A stretch of 59,678 nt of DNA, the filler included. It is 5 parts of 5 records of this genome, joined end to end, with 100 filler letters (N's around TTAATTAATTAA, not from the genome) between each part and the next. Parts side by side here need not be neighbours in the genome. Positions count along the whole stretch, not along the records: positions 1 to 12,547 come from SRR22947727_2733; 4 more parts are not named here. One strand, 5' to 3'. The notes under the pieces are model-generated. The model saw nothing but the letters and a program-made list of their open reading frames with translations, made no database searches and was not told where the DNA came from. The position numbers and the translations under genes are program-made. How positions within the stretch are numbered: the stretch's first letter is position 1; each line of letters opens with the position of its first letter. Positions 1-9,200 of the stretch are shown piece by piece.

Positions 1-1
1 C

Positions 2-379
2 AGCGATGATACGGTTGAAATGACGGTTGAGAATCTCGGCCGAGCAAGCACTTCGAACGCTTCACTGCAACACTTGGATGCTTCGGGTGAAGTGGTATGG
101 AGTTCTCCAATGGTAACCGTCAATGCCTCCAATGTCACCGAGGTCTCCTTTGACCTTGAAATGAAACCCCACAGCGATGGAACGTGGGAATTGATGTATC
201 AAAAGCGGGTCATCAATGCATCTCAATGGGTCAATGAATCAATCAATGCGAGTTCCATTCAATTCGTGGAGAAGGATGAGGGCAATTTTTTGACTGGATT
301 TGGGCTTTTTAATCCGTTATCTGTCATCCTTTCACTGCTCGGTATCAGCGTGATAACGAAGCGAGAAGATGAAGTCTAA
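2..379 (+). CDS. C-terminal fragment of a secreted/surface protein with a beta-rich (CARDB/Ig-like) domain and C-terminal membrane anchor; 5'-truncated
   Basis: Frame is open from position 2; ends FLTGFG + hydrophobic helix + KR + acidic tail. Confidence 0.55.
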   Translation, partial: SDDTVEMTVENLGRASTSNASLQHLDASGEVVWSSPMVTVNASNVTEVSFDLEMKPHSDGTWELMYQKRVINASQWVNESINASSIQFVEKDEGNFLTGFGLFNPLSVILSLLGISVITKREDEV

Positions 380-508
380 ATTCGCCGCTTGGTATCACCG
401 CCCCAACAAATTGAGGCGGCAGAACAAGTCAGCCTGAGCCATTTCATAGCAGGGGGCAAGGGAAAAGGTTTGAAGTGGGGGGGTTCATTGGGCGAAGCAA
501 GTGATATC

Positions 509-2002
509 ATGCAAGTAACAGTCAGTTCAGGCAACAACATCAACGGCACGCTCGTCCTTCCACTTTTCGAAGGCGCAGAATCCGTCCCAGAGACCAACGA
601 AGGAATCCCTACAGCACTGAAGAGCCAAATCAATCGAGTTCTCGGTGATGGAGACTTCAAGGCAAAAGCCAATGCAACCATGTCCCTCATGGGCACCGAA
701 GGCGGCAAAGCAATTCTTATCGGCCTGGGCAAGGAAGACAAGGCCGACCACCACACCTACCGAAAGGCAGGAGCAACCATCGTTGCGAGCCACAAGAAAC
801 ACCACGGCAACGAAATGACCGTGTTCTTTGACACCTCTGATATCGAAGCCATGGCTTCCTTTGCTGAGGGCATGATGCTCCGTGATTACAGTTACGACCA
901 CTACAAAATGGCAGATGAGGATGATGAAAAAACTGAACTTTCAGCACGTATGAACTGCAATGAAGGTGATGCAACGGCGCTTTCTGCCGCCATTGACCGA
1001 GCAGCTTCCATCACCAGTGGCGTCCACCTTTCAAGGGACCTCGGCAACTGCCCTCCCAACGACATGTACCCGATGGCCTTCGCTGAGAAAGCGGAACTTT
1101 GGGCAAAGGAATACGACAATGTCAAGGTCCAAGTGATCGATTATGAAGCAGCAAAGCGCCACGGTATGGGCGGTTTGGTCGCCGTTGGAATGGGCTCCTC
1201 TCGAAAACCATGCATGGTCATCTTCACACTCAACGGTGACCAGAAGGGGCAGCATCCGGTTCTGGTGGGCAAGGGTATTACTTTTGACACCGGAGGTATC
1301 TCGCTCAAGCCAGGTGCAAACATGGACGAAATGAAGTACGACATGGGTGGATCAGCCACCGTCTTTGGAACAATGCAAGCCTTGGCTTCTTGTGGATACG
1401 ACAAGAAAGTTGTGGGAATTACCTGCATGGCTGAAAACATGCCTGCTGCCAATGCTCAACGCCCAGGTGACGTCATCAAGACCCTCTCTGGCAAGACCAT
1501 CGAGGTGCTCAACACCGATGCAGAAGGACGTCTTGTCCTCTCCGATGGACTGTGGAAGGCTGGCACTGACTTCGATGCGGAGTACATCATTGACTTCGCA
1601 ACCTTGACCGGTGCATGTGTCGTTGCTCTGGGACATGAAGCCACGGGATTGTGGTCCAATGACGAGGACTTCCGAACCCGCATTCACGAAGCTGGAAATG
1701 CTGTTGGTGAACTCGCTTGGCCGATGCCACTCCTTCCCGCATTTGAGAAGGAAATGACCGATTCAAAGATTGCTGATACACGCAATCTGGGTGCTGGACG
1801 GTACGGCGGAGCAAACACTGCTGCTGCCTTCCTGAAGCAATTTGTACCAGAACGTGGCGAAGGTGACGAAGCCAAGCAAATCACCTGGGCTCACATGGAC
1901 ATCGCTGGAACCTACTGGGGAGCGAAGACCAACAAGATGGTCGGTAACGGTGCCACGGGCATCCACGTTCGAACACTGGTGAAATTGATCACTGGACAGT
2001 GA
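509..2002 (+). CDS. pepA: Leucyl aminopeptidase (M17)
   Basis: Motifs VGKGITFDTGG, MKYDMGG, NTDAEGRL, ATLTGA, WAHMDIAG; ATG at 509 preferred over the upstream TTG at 389. Confidence 0.95.
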   Translation: MQVTVSSGNNINGTLVLPLFEGAESVPETNEGIPTALKSQINRVLGDGDFKAKANATMSLMGTEGGKAILIGLGKEDKADHHTYRKAGATIVASHKKHHGNEMTVFFDTSDIEAMASFAEGMMLRDYSYDHYKMADEDDEKTELSARMNCNEGDATALSAAIDRAASITSGVHLSRDLGNCPPNDMYPMAFAEKAELWAKEYDNVKVQVIDYEAAKRHGMGGLVAVGMGSSRKPCMVIFTLNGDQKGQHPVLVGKGITFDTGGISLKPGANMDEMKYDMGGSATVFGTMQALASCGYDKKVVGITCMAENMPAANAQRPGDVIKTLSGKTIEVLNTDAEGRLVLSDGLWKAGTDFDAEYIIDFATLTGACVVALGHEATGLWSNDEDFRTRIHEAGNAVGELAWPMPLLPAFEKEMTDSKIADTRNLGAGRYGGANTAAAFLKQFVPERGEGDEAKQITWAHMDIAGTYWGAKTNKMVGNGATGIHVRTLVKLITGQ

Positions 2003-2019
2003 GTTCAAACCAGCCCTTG

Positions 2020-2036
2020 CCCTCACCGTATGAGGG
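2020..2036 (+). other. Short hairpin after pepA, possible 3' end signal
   Basis: CCCTCA-ccgta-TGAGGG; no U-tract. Confidence 0.25.
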
Positions 2037-2065
2037 TCTCAATGTTGCATGGTGTCTTGATTAGG

Positions 2066-2072
2066 TTTATAT
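2066..2072 (+). promoter_or_regulatory. Archaeal TATA box of the chaperone operon
   Basis: TTTATAT in the intergenic region about 55 nt upstream of ATG 2125. Confidence 0.55.
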
Positions 2073-2124
2073 CCGGTGACAAGTAGGCCACTATACAACC
2101 GATGGTTTAGTAGTGGTGTATTTT

Positions 2125-2814
2125 ATGGCTGACGACGAATGGGAAGAGGAATTTCTCAAGCAACTGGAAGCCATGTTTACCAAGATGGGGCTTCCCTTCA
2201 ACAAAGAACAACTGCGTGGCTTTTTGAAGCAATTCCGTGACCAATTCGAAGCCATGGGCATCAATCCTGAGAAGATTGCAAAGGGAGAAGTCAACTTTAA
2301 TTTCGACATCTCTGAAATCAGTAAATTGCTTTCATCGGGGAACTCGCTTGAAGACCTTTTGAAGAATCTCGGGATGGATGTAAAAGTCGATGCTGCTCCC
2401 GTAGAGATCGACCCGAGTGCACTTGAAAGCGAAAACGATGATACCATGAAGTTGCCAACAGAAGACGTGTATCTTGACGGCTGGAACATGTCAGTCACCC
2501 TTGATTTCACCCTCAAAGGAGACATTGAAAGCGAGCAACTCGAAATCGAATTGATCAAAAATGGTTCTCAAATGGAAATCCTCCGTTCAACACAACCCCA
2601 ACCCATTGCCTTGGTCGAACTGCCCCATCCCTGTGATGATGTGGTGGATTGGACACTCAACAATGGCATATTGGATATTACACTCAAACTCACCCCTCAA
2701 GGCAAGGCCTTGGAAACGGGTGATGATGACCTCCCTGCCACTGAGGAGGTAAGCATCGACGTCGCCGACCAAGATGACGACGACGAAGATGACGGTGGCA
2801 TCCCCATCTTTTGA
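2125..2814 (+). CDS. Divergent Hsp20/alpha-crystallin-domain small heat-shock protein
   Basis: C-terminal EDVY...LVELP...[10 protein letters not shown] resembles the alpha-crystallin domain; acidic tail ending IPI (IxI-like motif); directly upstream of dnaK. Confidence 0.65.
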   Translation: MADDEWEEEFLKQLEAMFTKMGLPFNKEQLRGFLKQFRDQFEAMGINPEKIAKGEVNFNFDISEISKLLSSGNSLEDLLKNLGMDVKVDAAPVEIDPSALESENDDTMKLPTEDVYLDGWNMSVTLDFTLKGDIESEQLEIELIKNGSQMEILRSTQPQPIALVELPHPCDDVVDWTLNNGILDITLKLTPQGKALETGDDDLPATEEVSIDVADQDDDDEDDGGIPIF

Positions 2815-2828
2815 AAGGAAGTGAAAAA

Positions 2829-4712
2829 ATGAGTAAAGTGATTGGAATAGACCTAGGAACGACAAATAGCTGTGTGGCAACCATTGAGAACGGAGAACCC
2901 GTTGTCATCCCCAACGCAGAAGGCGCACGAACAACACCTTCTGTCGTGGCTTTTGCCAAAGATGGCAGCGAGCGATTGATTGGTGTCACTGCCAAGCGGC
3001 AAGCTGTCACCAATGCAGAACGCACGATGATTTCCGTCAAGCGTCACATGGGTACCAAGTGGACGACAGAAGTTGATGAGACCGAATACACGCCTCAGGA
3101 AGTTTCCGCCTTCATCTTGCAGAAGCTCAAGGCCGACGCTGAAGCCTATCTGGGTCACGAAGTCAAGCAAGCGGTCATTACATGCCCGGCCTACTTCACT
3201 GACGCTCAGCGAAAAGCCACCAAAGACGCAGGTAGAATCGCTGGCCTCGATGTTCTTCGAATCATCAACGAGCCTACCGCTGCTGCACTGGCATACGGTG
3301 TTGACAAGTCCCAAGACCAGACCATCTTGGTGTACGATTTGGGAGGCGGTACCTTTGACGTCTCGGTTTTGGAAATTTACGAAGTTGACGGCCAGCCTCA
3401 AATTGAGGTCAAGGCCACGGCTGGGAATAACAAACTTGGTGGAGACGACTTTGATGAAAAAATCATCACCTGGTTGGCTGCAGAATTCAAGAAAGACACC
3501 GGCATCGACCTCTCGAAGGACAAGACGGCCATGTCTCGCCTGAAAGAAGCCGCTGAGAAGGCAAAGATTGAGCTCTCAGGTACCCAACAAACCCAAATCA
3601 ATCTTCCCTTTATCTCAATGGTGGATGGCCAGCCTGCTCACCTTGACATTTCCCTCACTCGTGCGAAGTTTGAGGATTTGATTGCAAAACTCGTTGAGAA
3701 AACAATGGTGCCTACCCGACAAGCCATGAAGGATGCAAGTCTGAAGAAAGGCGACGTTGACAAGGTCATTCTCGTCGGCGGTTCAACCCGTGTCCCAGCA
3801 GTTCAGGAAGCCGTTGAAAAGGAAGCAGGTAAGCCTCCATACAAAGGAATCAACCCCGACGAAGCAGTCGCCCTTGGTGCTGCTCTTCAAGCCGGTATCA
3901 TCGCAGGTGACGAAGGAGTTTCAGACATCTTGCTCCTTGACGTTACGCCACTCACCCTTGGCATCGAGACCTTGGGTGGCGTCACCACCACCATGATCGA
4001 ACGAAACACCACCATCCCCGCACGACGCTCGGAAATCTACTCCACGGCGACTGACAATCAACCAGCGGTTGAGATTCACGTGTTGCAAGGAGAGCGAGAG
4101 TTTGCAAAGGACAACGTGACACTCGGTCAATTCCAACTCGTAGGTATTCCTCCTGCCCCACGTGGTGTGCCACAAATCGAAGTCACCTTTGACATCGACG
4201 CCAACGGCATCGTCAACGTCAGTGCTAAGGACATGGGAACGGGCAAGGAACAATCCATCAAGATTGAATCTGCAACCTCGTTGAGCGAAGACGAAATTCA
4301 AGGCAAGATCGCTGAAGCAGAGAAATTCGCTGAAGAAGACCAACGTCGAAAGGCCAAAGTCGAAATGCGGAACATGGCCGACCAAATCCTCTACCAGACA
4401 CGACGAACACTTGACGAGTCGGCAGACAAACTCGAAGAAAGTGATGTTGAACCCGTAAAGGCTCACCTTGACGAACTTGAGAAGATGGTCCACGATGAAG
4501 ACGGAAAACCCGTTGATATCGATGCGATGGACGATGCTGCAATCCAAGCCAAGGTCAAGGAAATCGAAGAAGCCATGCACGGCGTCTCCACCAAACTCTA
4601 CGAAGCCGCTGCCGCAGAAATGGCACAGCAAGAAAGCGGTGAAGATGGAGACATCTCGGTTGACGACGGCGTCGTTGACGCTGATTTTGAAGTCGTAGAA
4701 GACGAAGACTGA
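2829..4712 (+). CDS. dnaK: Chaperone DnaK (Hsp70)
   Basis: [46 protein letters not shown]-like GGAAGTGA upstream of ATG 2829. Confidence 0.98.
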   Translation: MSKVIGIDLGTTNSCVATIENGEPVVIPNAEGARTTPSVVAFAKDGSERLIGVTAKRQAVTNAERTMISVKRHMGTKWTTEVDETEYTPQEVSAFILQKLKADAEAYLGHEVKQAVITCPAYFTDAQRKATKDAGRIAGLDVLRIINEPTAAALAYGVDKSQDQTILVYDLGGGTFDVSVLEIYEVDGQPQIEVKATAGNNKLGGDDFDEKIITWLAAEFKKDTGIDLSKDKTAMSRLKEAAEKAKIELSGTQQTQINLPFISMVDGQPAHLDISLTRAKFEDLIAKLVEKTMVPTRQAMKDASLKKGDVDKVILVGGSTRVPAVQEAVEKEAGKPPYKGINPDEAVALGAALQAGIIAGDEGVSDILLLDVTPLTLGIETLGGVTTTMIERNTTIPARRSEIYSTATDNQPAVEIHVLQGEREFAKDNVTLGQFQLVGIPPAPRGVPQIEVTFDIDANGIVNVSAKDMGTGKEQSIKIESATSLSEDEIQGKIAEAEKFAEEDQRRKAKVEMRNMADQILYQTRRTLDESADKLEESDVEPVKAHLDELEKMVHDEDGKPVDIDAMDDAAIQAKVKEIEEAMHGVSTKLYEAAAAEMAQQESGEDGDISVDDGVVDADFEVVEDED

Positions 4713-4771
4713 GGCTCCCGCCCGTCAAGCCTGAGGGTTTGGCTTATGGAGGTGTGAACGGTGGGTTGCTC

Positions 4772-6379
4772 ATGAGCGAAGTCCCGATTCTCAAAGAGAC
4801 GACGCGCTCTACCGGGCGTGAGGCGCTTCGAAACAACATTACTGCAGCCTTGGCCTTGGCCGGTGCCGTTCGAACCACTCTGGGACCGCGTGGTCAAGAC
4901 AAATTGTTGATCGACGACCAAGGACGAACCATGGTGACCAACGACGGAGTCACGGTTCTCGAGTCTGCAAAGGTTGAGCACCCTGTTGCCCGGATGCTCA
5001 TCAACGCCTCAACCACCCAGGACCGTATTGCTCGTGACGGTACGACAAGTGCTGTTCTGCTCTCGGCTGAATTGTTGCAAAATGCTTGGGAGCTCGTCCT
5101 CCAAGGCGTTCACCCATCGGCCATTGCTCGTGGCTATCGAATGGCTGAAGACGCTTGCCGTGAACATTTTTCCAGCCTCACCCTTGAGGCGACGGTGGAA
5201 CGACAGCACCAAGCCGCTCAAACGTCACTTTCAGGAAAAATCCATGCCGCCATGCAGGACCTTCTTGCATCCTTGGCCGTTGAGGCTGGCAAGGCGGTAC
5301 TTGAGAACCAAGATGGGCAACGAAAAGCCGACCCTACACGCGTGAAAATCCTCACTCAAACAGGAGGCGCCATGACCGATTCGCGTTTGGTCACCGGCTT
5401 GGTTCTCGGAAAGCAACGCGTCAACGATGCCATGCCAAAGCACATCAAAGCAGGCAAAATAGCACTTGTTGACGGGGGACTTGAGCGAAAGGAATTGATG
5501 GGAAACGTCACATTGAACGTCACCAGTACCGGCGTGCTTGAATCCTTTCGACAAGAAGAAAAGCGATTGTTGACTCAACAAGTTCAGCAACTTATTGACC
5601 TTGGAGTCACGCTCTTTGCTTGCAAAGACGGTATCGATGACGACATGCACGGGCTCCTCTCCAAGGCGGGTATTCAGGCCTACCGAAGAGTCGCACGCTC
5701 CGACCTTGATTTGCTCGCACGTGGCTGTGGCGCTACGCTTTCCTATGATGTCAAGAGCCTCCACGAATCGGATCTTGGGGCTTTCATCAGCAGCAAGAAC
5801 GAGCGCTGGGATGGCACCATGCATTGGATTGTTCAAACCGAAGAAGGTGGGGCCACCTTCATTGCAAAGGGTTCAACTGAGGAAGCCGTTGGAGAAGTGG
5901 AACGATGTTTTGCTGACGCCTTGGGAGTCGCCTGCCAGTTGCTGGAAGAACCTGCCTTGTTGCCGGGTGGCGGTGCTACCCAAATTGCCCTCGCACGCCA
6001 CCTTCGCCGACAGGCAGAACGTATTCCGGGACGCGAACAACTCGCCATTGAGGCCTACGCCGATGCCCTGGAAGTCATTCCTCGAGTCTTAGCCGAAAAT
6101 GCCGGCCTCGACCCACTTGATACACTGCTTCAGGTGGTTGCCAAGCAAAGTACCCATGACGGTGATGATGCCCACCATATCGGCCTTGACGTTGTGGCTA
6201 AACAACCAAGCAACATGGTTGAAAGTGGCGTTCTTGAACCGCTGCGAATCACCCGTCAAGTGCTCGCTGGAGCGACTGAGGCCGCTCTTTCTGTGCTTCG
6301 TATCGACGATGTTCTTTGGGCCAAGCAAGACCCAAGCATCCCCGATGGCATCGGTATGGACGAAAACGAACTTCAGTAG
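4772..6379 (+). CDS. Group II chaperonin (thermosome) subunit, divergent
   Basis: TLGPRGQDK, TNDGVTVL, VEHPVA, DGTTS, PGGGA, ENAGLDP, LRIDDV. Confidence 0.9.
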   Translation: MSEVPILKETTRSTGREALRNNITAALALAGAVRTTLGPRGQDKLLIDDQGRTMVTNDGVTVLESAKVEHPVARMLINASTTQDRIARDGTTSAVLLSAELLQNAWELVLQGVHPSAIARGYRMAEDACREHFSSLTLEATVERQHQAAQTSLSGKIHAAMQDLLASLAVEAGKAVLENQDGQRKADPTRVKILTQTGGAMTDSRLVTGLVLGKQRVNDAMPKHIKAGKIALVDGGLERKELMGNVTLNVTSTGVLESFRQEEKRLLTQQVQQLIDLGVTLFACKDGIDDDMHGLLSKAGIQAYRRVARSDLDLLARGCGATLSYDVKSLHESDLGAFISSKNERWDGTMHWIVQTEEGGATFIAKGSTEEAVGEVERCFADALGVACQLLEEPALLPGGGATQIALARHLRRQAERIPGREQLAIEAYADALEVIPRVLAENAGLDPLDTLLQVVAKQSTHDGDDAHHIGLDVVAKQPSNMVESGVLEPLRITRQVLAGATEAALSVLRIDDVLWAKQDPSIPDGIGMDENELQ

Positions 6380-6427
6380 GATGCCCCAATCCTTGTCTTC
6401 AAATAGACCAAGACATCGCCCGACTCT

Positions 6428-7999
6428 ATGGTGAATGCTACCGATAGGCCCGTGGGCATCGACGACATCGCCATTCATTTCCCACGTTTGTACATGGACA
6501 TGCGAGACTTTGCAGATTTGCGTGGGGCAGATTATGGGAAATTGAGCAAAGGCCTTGGCTTAGAGGCCATGGCTATTCCCGACGTCCATGAAGACACTGC
6601 AACGATGGGAGCGATGGCCGTCATGCAATTGATCGACCGTAATGGCTTGGACCCCAACACCATCGGACGGATGTACCTCGGCACAGAATCCGCACTTGAT
6701 GGTGCAAAGCCAACGGCGACCTACATCATTGACATGCTCACACAGCGCTACGGTGAACGCTTTGGCTCTGATTGCTTCCAAACCTGTGACGTCGTGGACA
6801 TGACCTTTGCCTGCATCGGAGCGGTCGATGCTCTCCACACCACCCTTGATTGGGTAGCACGCTCAGATGAAATTGACGAACGTGTTGGAATTGTGGTATT
6901 TTCTGACAATGCCAAATATGCTCTTGAATCATCAGGCGAGTATACGCAGGGTGCTGGAGGTGGCGCCCTCTTGATTCGGAGAAACCCACGTCTTCTTGAA
7001 ATTCCTGATTGCATAGGGGTTTCTACCACACCCGTGCACGATTTTTTCAAGCCACGTCGCGAGGTAACGATTCGCTCCGTGATTTCAAATGTTATTCAAC
7101 TGGCTCAAGAAGCAGGTCAAACCATGAAAAAAGGACTTGTTGAGCGTATGATTCGCCATCTCCCGAAATCAACGGTTCGCAAGTTGGGCATCTTTTCGCA
7201 CGGCGAAGAGAAGGTGAGTGTTCACCGGGACGAGCCAATCTTTGACGGCCAATATTCCAATCGATGCTACCAAACTGCAGTGCGTCAAGCCTTCCATGAT
7301 TTCTCCAAGAAGGCTCAACGACGAGAGCGTATCGATCCCGTGAATGACGACCCCTTCACCGAGCAGTGGTCTCGAATCATCATGCACCTGCCCTATGCAT
7401 ACCAGGCAAAACGTATGTTTCCGGATGTCTTCCGACATGACCGACAAGACACGCCAATGTGGCAGGGCATCGAAGAGCAGCTTGGTGCTCCTCCTGAAAG
7501 TCCAGATTCTGATGACCCAGAGGCCCTTATTCAATGGGAGAGCGACATGGACGGATACCGTCGGGCCATCTCTAAGACTCCCGAATACATTGCTTTCCAC
7601 GCCAGCAGAATCGAAAAAGGGCAGCGAGCAAGCAGCCTCATCGGCAATCAATACACGGGCTCAATTTTCCTCGCACTGATGTCAACCTTCGAATCCGACC
7701 TTGAAGAAAATGCCAATCTTGACGGGGCTATGTTGGGTATGTGCGGCTATGGATCCGGTGCGAAGGCCAAGGTCTTCGAGGGCCGCGTCAGCCCTCGCTG
7801 GAGAGAAGTTGTTGCAGGATGGCACCTCTTTGAACGACTCGCAGGACGCATTGCCATTGACCAGACAACCTACGAAAACCTCCACAAGGGCGTTCAAGAA
7901 GGAAGCGTTGTTGAACCCAATGCTGAATTTGCACTCGTCGAAATTGGAGATGAAGGCGTTGATGAAGGCGCCCGCCGCTACCAGTGGATCGGTGCTTAA
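6428..7999 (+). CDS. mvaS: Hydroxymethylglutaryl-CoA synthase
   Basis: GTES (catalytic Glu), FAC (catalytic Cys), EYTQGAG, MHLPY, GNQYTGS, YGSG. Confidence 0.9.
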   Translation: MVNATDRPVGIDDIAIHFPRLYMDMRDFADLRGADYGKLSKGLGLEAMAIPDVHEDTATMGAMAVMQLIDRNGLDPNTIGRMYLGTESALDGAKPTATYIIDMLTQRYGERFGSDCFQTCDVVDMTFACIGAVDALHTTLDWVARSDEIDERVGIVVFSDNAKYALESSGEYTQGAGGGALLIRRNPRLLEIPDCIGVSTTPVHDFFKPRREVTIRSVISNVIQLAQEAGQTMKKGLVERMIRHLPKSTVRKLGIFSHGEEKVSVHRDEPIFDGQYSNRCYQTAVRQAFHDFSKKAQRRERIDPVNDDPFTEQWSRIIMHLPYAYQAKRMFPDVFRHDRQDTPMWQGIEEQLGAPPESPDSDDPEALIQWESDMDGYRRAISKTPEYIAFHASRIEKGQRASSLIGNQYTGSIFLALMSTFESDLEENANLDGAMLGMCGYGSGAKAKVFEGRVSPRWREVVAGWHLFERLAGRIAIDQTTYENLHKGVQEGSVVEPNAEFALVEIGDEGVDEGARRYQWIGA

Positions 8000-9054
8000 G
8001 CGTCAAAGTCCAGAACGACTTTGCCACAATTTCCAGACAAAGCGAGTTCAATCGCCTGTTCGAATTGAGCAATTGGCATGCGGTGAGTCAGAACCTTGTC
8101 TACATCAATGAGACCTTGCTCAAGCAGGTCATGCATCTTGTCCCAAGTGGACCACATCTTCCTTCCGTTGATGCCCTTGATGTGCAAGTATCGGAACACC
8201 ACTTCGTTCATAGGCACTGCAGGCATTGCTTGCCCGTAGACAGAGAGGACATTGACATAACCTCCCATCCTTGTGGAATGGATGGTATTTGACAGGGCGG
8301 TTGGGGAGCCTGAGAATTCACAACTGTTGTCCACACCTCGCCCTTCTGTGGCTTCAAGGATGGCGGCAACAACGTCATCGTCTTTACCCAAAACAATGTC
8401 GGCACCGAGTTCTTTTGCCAACTCCATTCGGTAGGTATTGTCCCAATCCACTGCGATAACTTGAGTCGCACCCATGGCTTTGGCTGCGTTGACAGCAAAG
8501 AGACCGATGGGGCCCAAGCCGTGAATAGCGACCGTTGAACCTTCGACAGGCCCGCCAGTCAAGGTGTGGATTGCATTGCCCAGGGGGTCTTGAATTGAGG
8601 CATGGCCTGGGTCTAAGCCCTCGGGGACATGACGTGCATTGGTAGCGGGGATGGCAAAGTAAGGGGCGAAGGCTCCATGGCCGTGTACGCCGAAAATAGA
8701 ACCGTTTTCACAAATGTGAGCATTGCCTTCTTCGCAACGCGGACACTCCCAACAGGCAAGGTGGCACTCGATGGCCACGTGGTCACCAACCGAATGCGTC
8801 GTGACACCCTCACCAAGCGCTACCACACGGCCGCTGGTTTCGTGACCGGTAATGGTCCCGAGAGGCACGTTTTCGCGACTCCACTCATCCCATTTCCAAA
8901 TGTGTAGATCCGTTCCACACACTGAGGTAGAGAGCGTTTGAATCAAGACTTCTCCCGCTGCGGGTGAGGGTACTGAATGCTCGGCGAGGGAAAACCCACC
9001 TTGCTCATCACGGGTTTTTGTCCAAGCGGTCATGGTGGATGGTAGTGACTCCAT
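7996..9054 (-). CDS. tdh: L-threonine 3-dehydrogenase (Zn-dependent MDR family)
   Basis: CGTDLHIWKWDEWS, GHE, four structural Cys, DPLGNAIHT, GLGPIG, GINGRKMWSTW, GKVVL. Confidence 0.9.
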   Translation of the reverse strand: MESLPSTMTAWTKTRDEQGGFSLAEHSVPSPAAGEVLIQTLSTSVCGTDLHIWKWDEWSRENVPLGTITGHETSGRVVALGEGVTTHSVGDHVAIECHLACWECPRCEEGNAHICENGSIFGVHGHGAFAPYFAIPATNARHVPEGLDPGHASIQDPLGNAIHTLTGGPVEGSTVAIHGLGPIGLFAVNAAKAMGATQVIAVDWDNTYRMELAKELGADIVLGKDDDVVAAILEATEGRGVDNSCEFSGSPTALSNTIHSTRMGGYVNVLSVYGQAMPAVPMNEVVFRYLHIKGINGRKMWSTWDKMHDLLEQGLIDVDKVLTHRMPIAQFEQAIELALSGNCGKVVLDFDA

Positions 9055-9200
9055 GACTCGCCCTCAACCCCCTTTTCTTCGGACACCTTTTCATCCTTCG
9101 CTCATCCAGTCTTGGCTAAAAATCACAAGATTACAGAATACGGCTTTGTTCGGTATGTTGATTAGGGGGGCGCGACGGCCTCAAAGCCCGTTGATGGTAC

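Noticed and set aside
389-508. N-terminal extensions in the ORF track for pepA (also pdxH to 27390, thermosome from 4739, ORF from 11866)
   Set aside because: They run through promoter-like or overlapping regions; downstream ATGs match family starts.
2853-4631. Long antisense ORFs opposite dnaK (also 28487-29416, 30244-31131, 48625-49548)
   Set aside because: Shadow frames of well-supported genes in GC-richer DNA, with no recognisable motifs.
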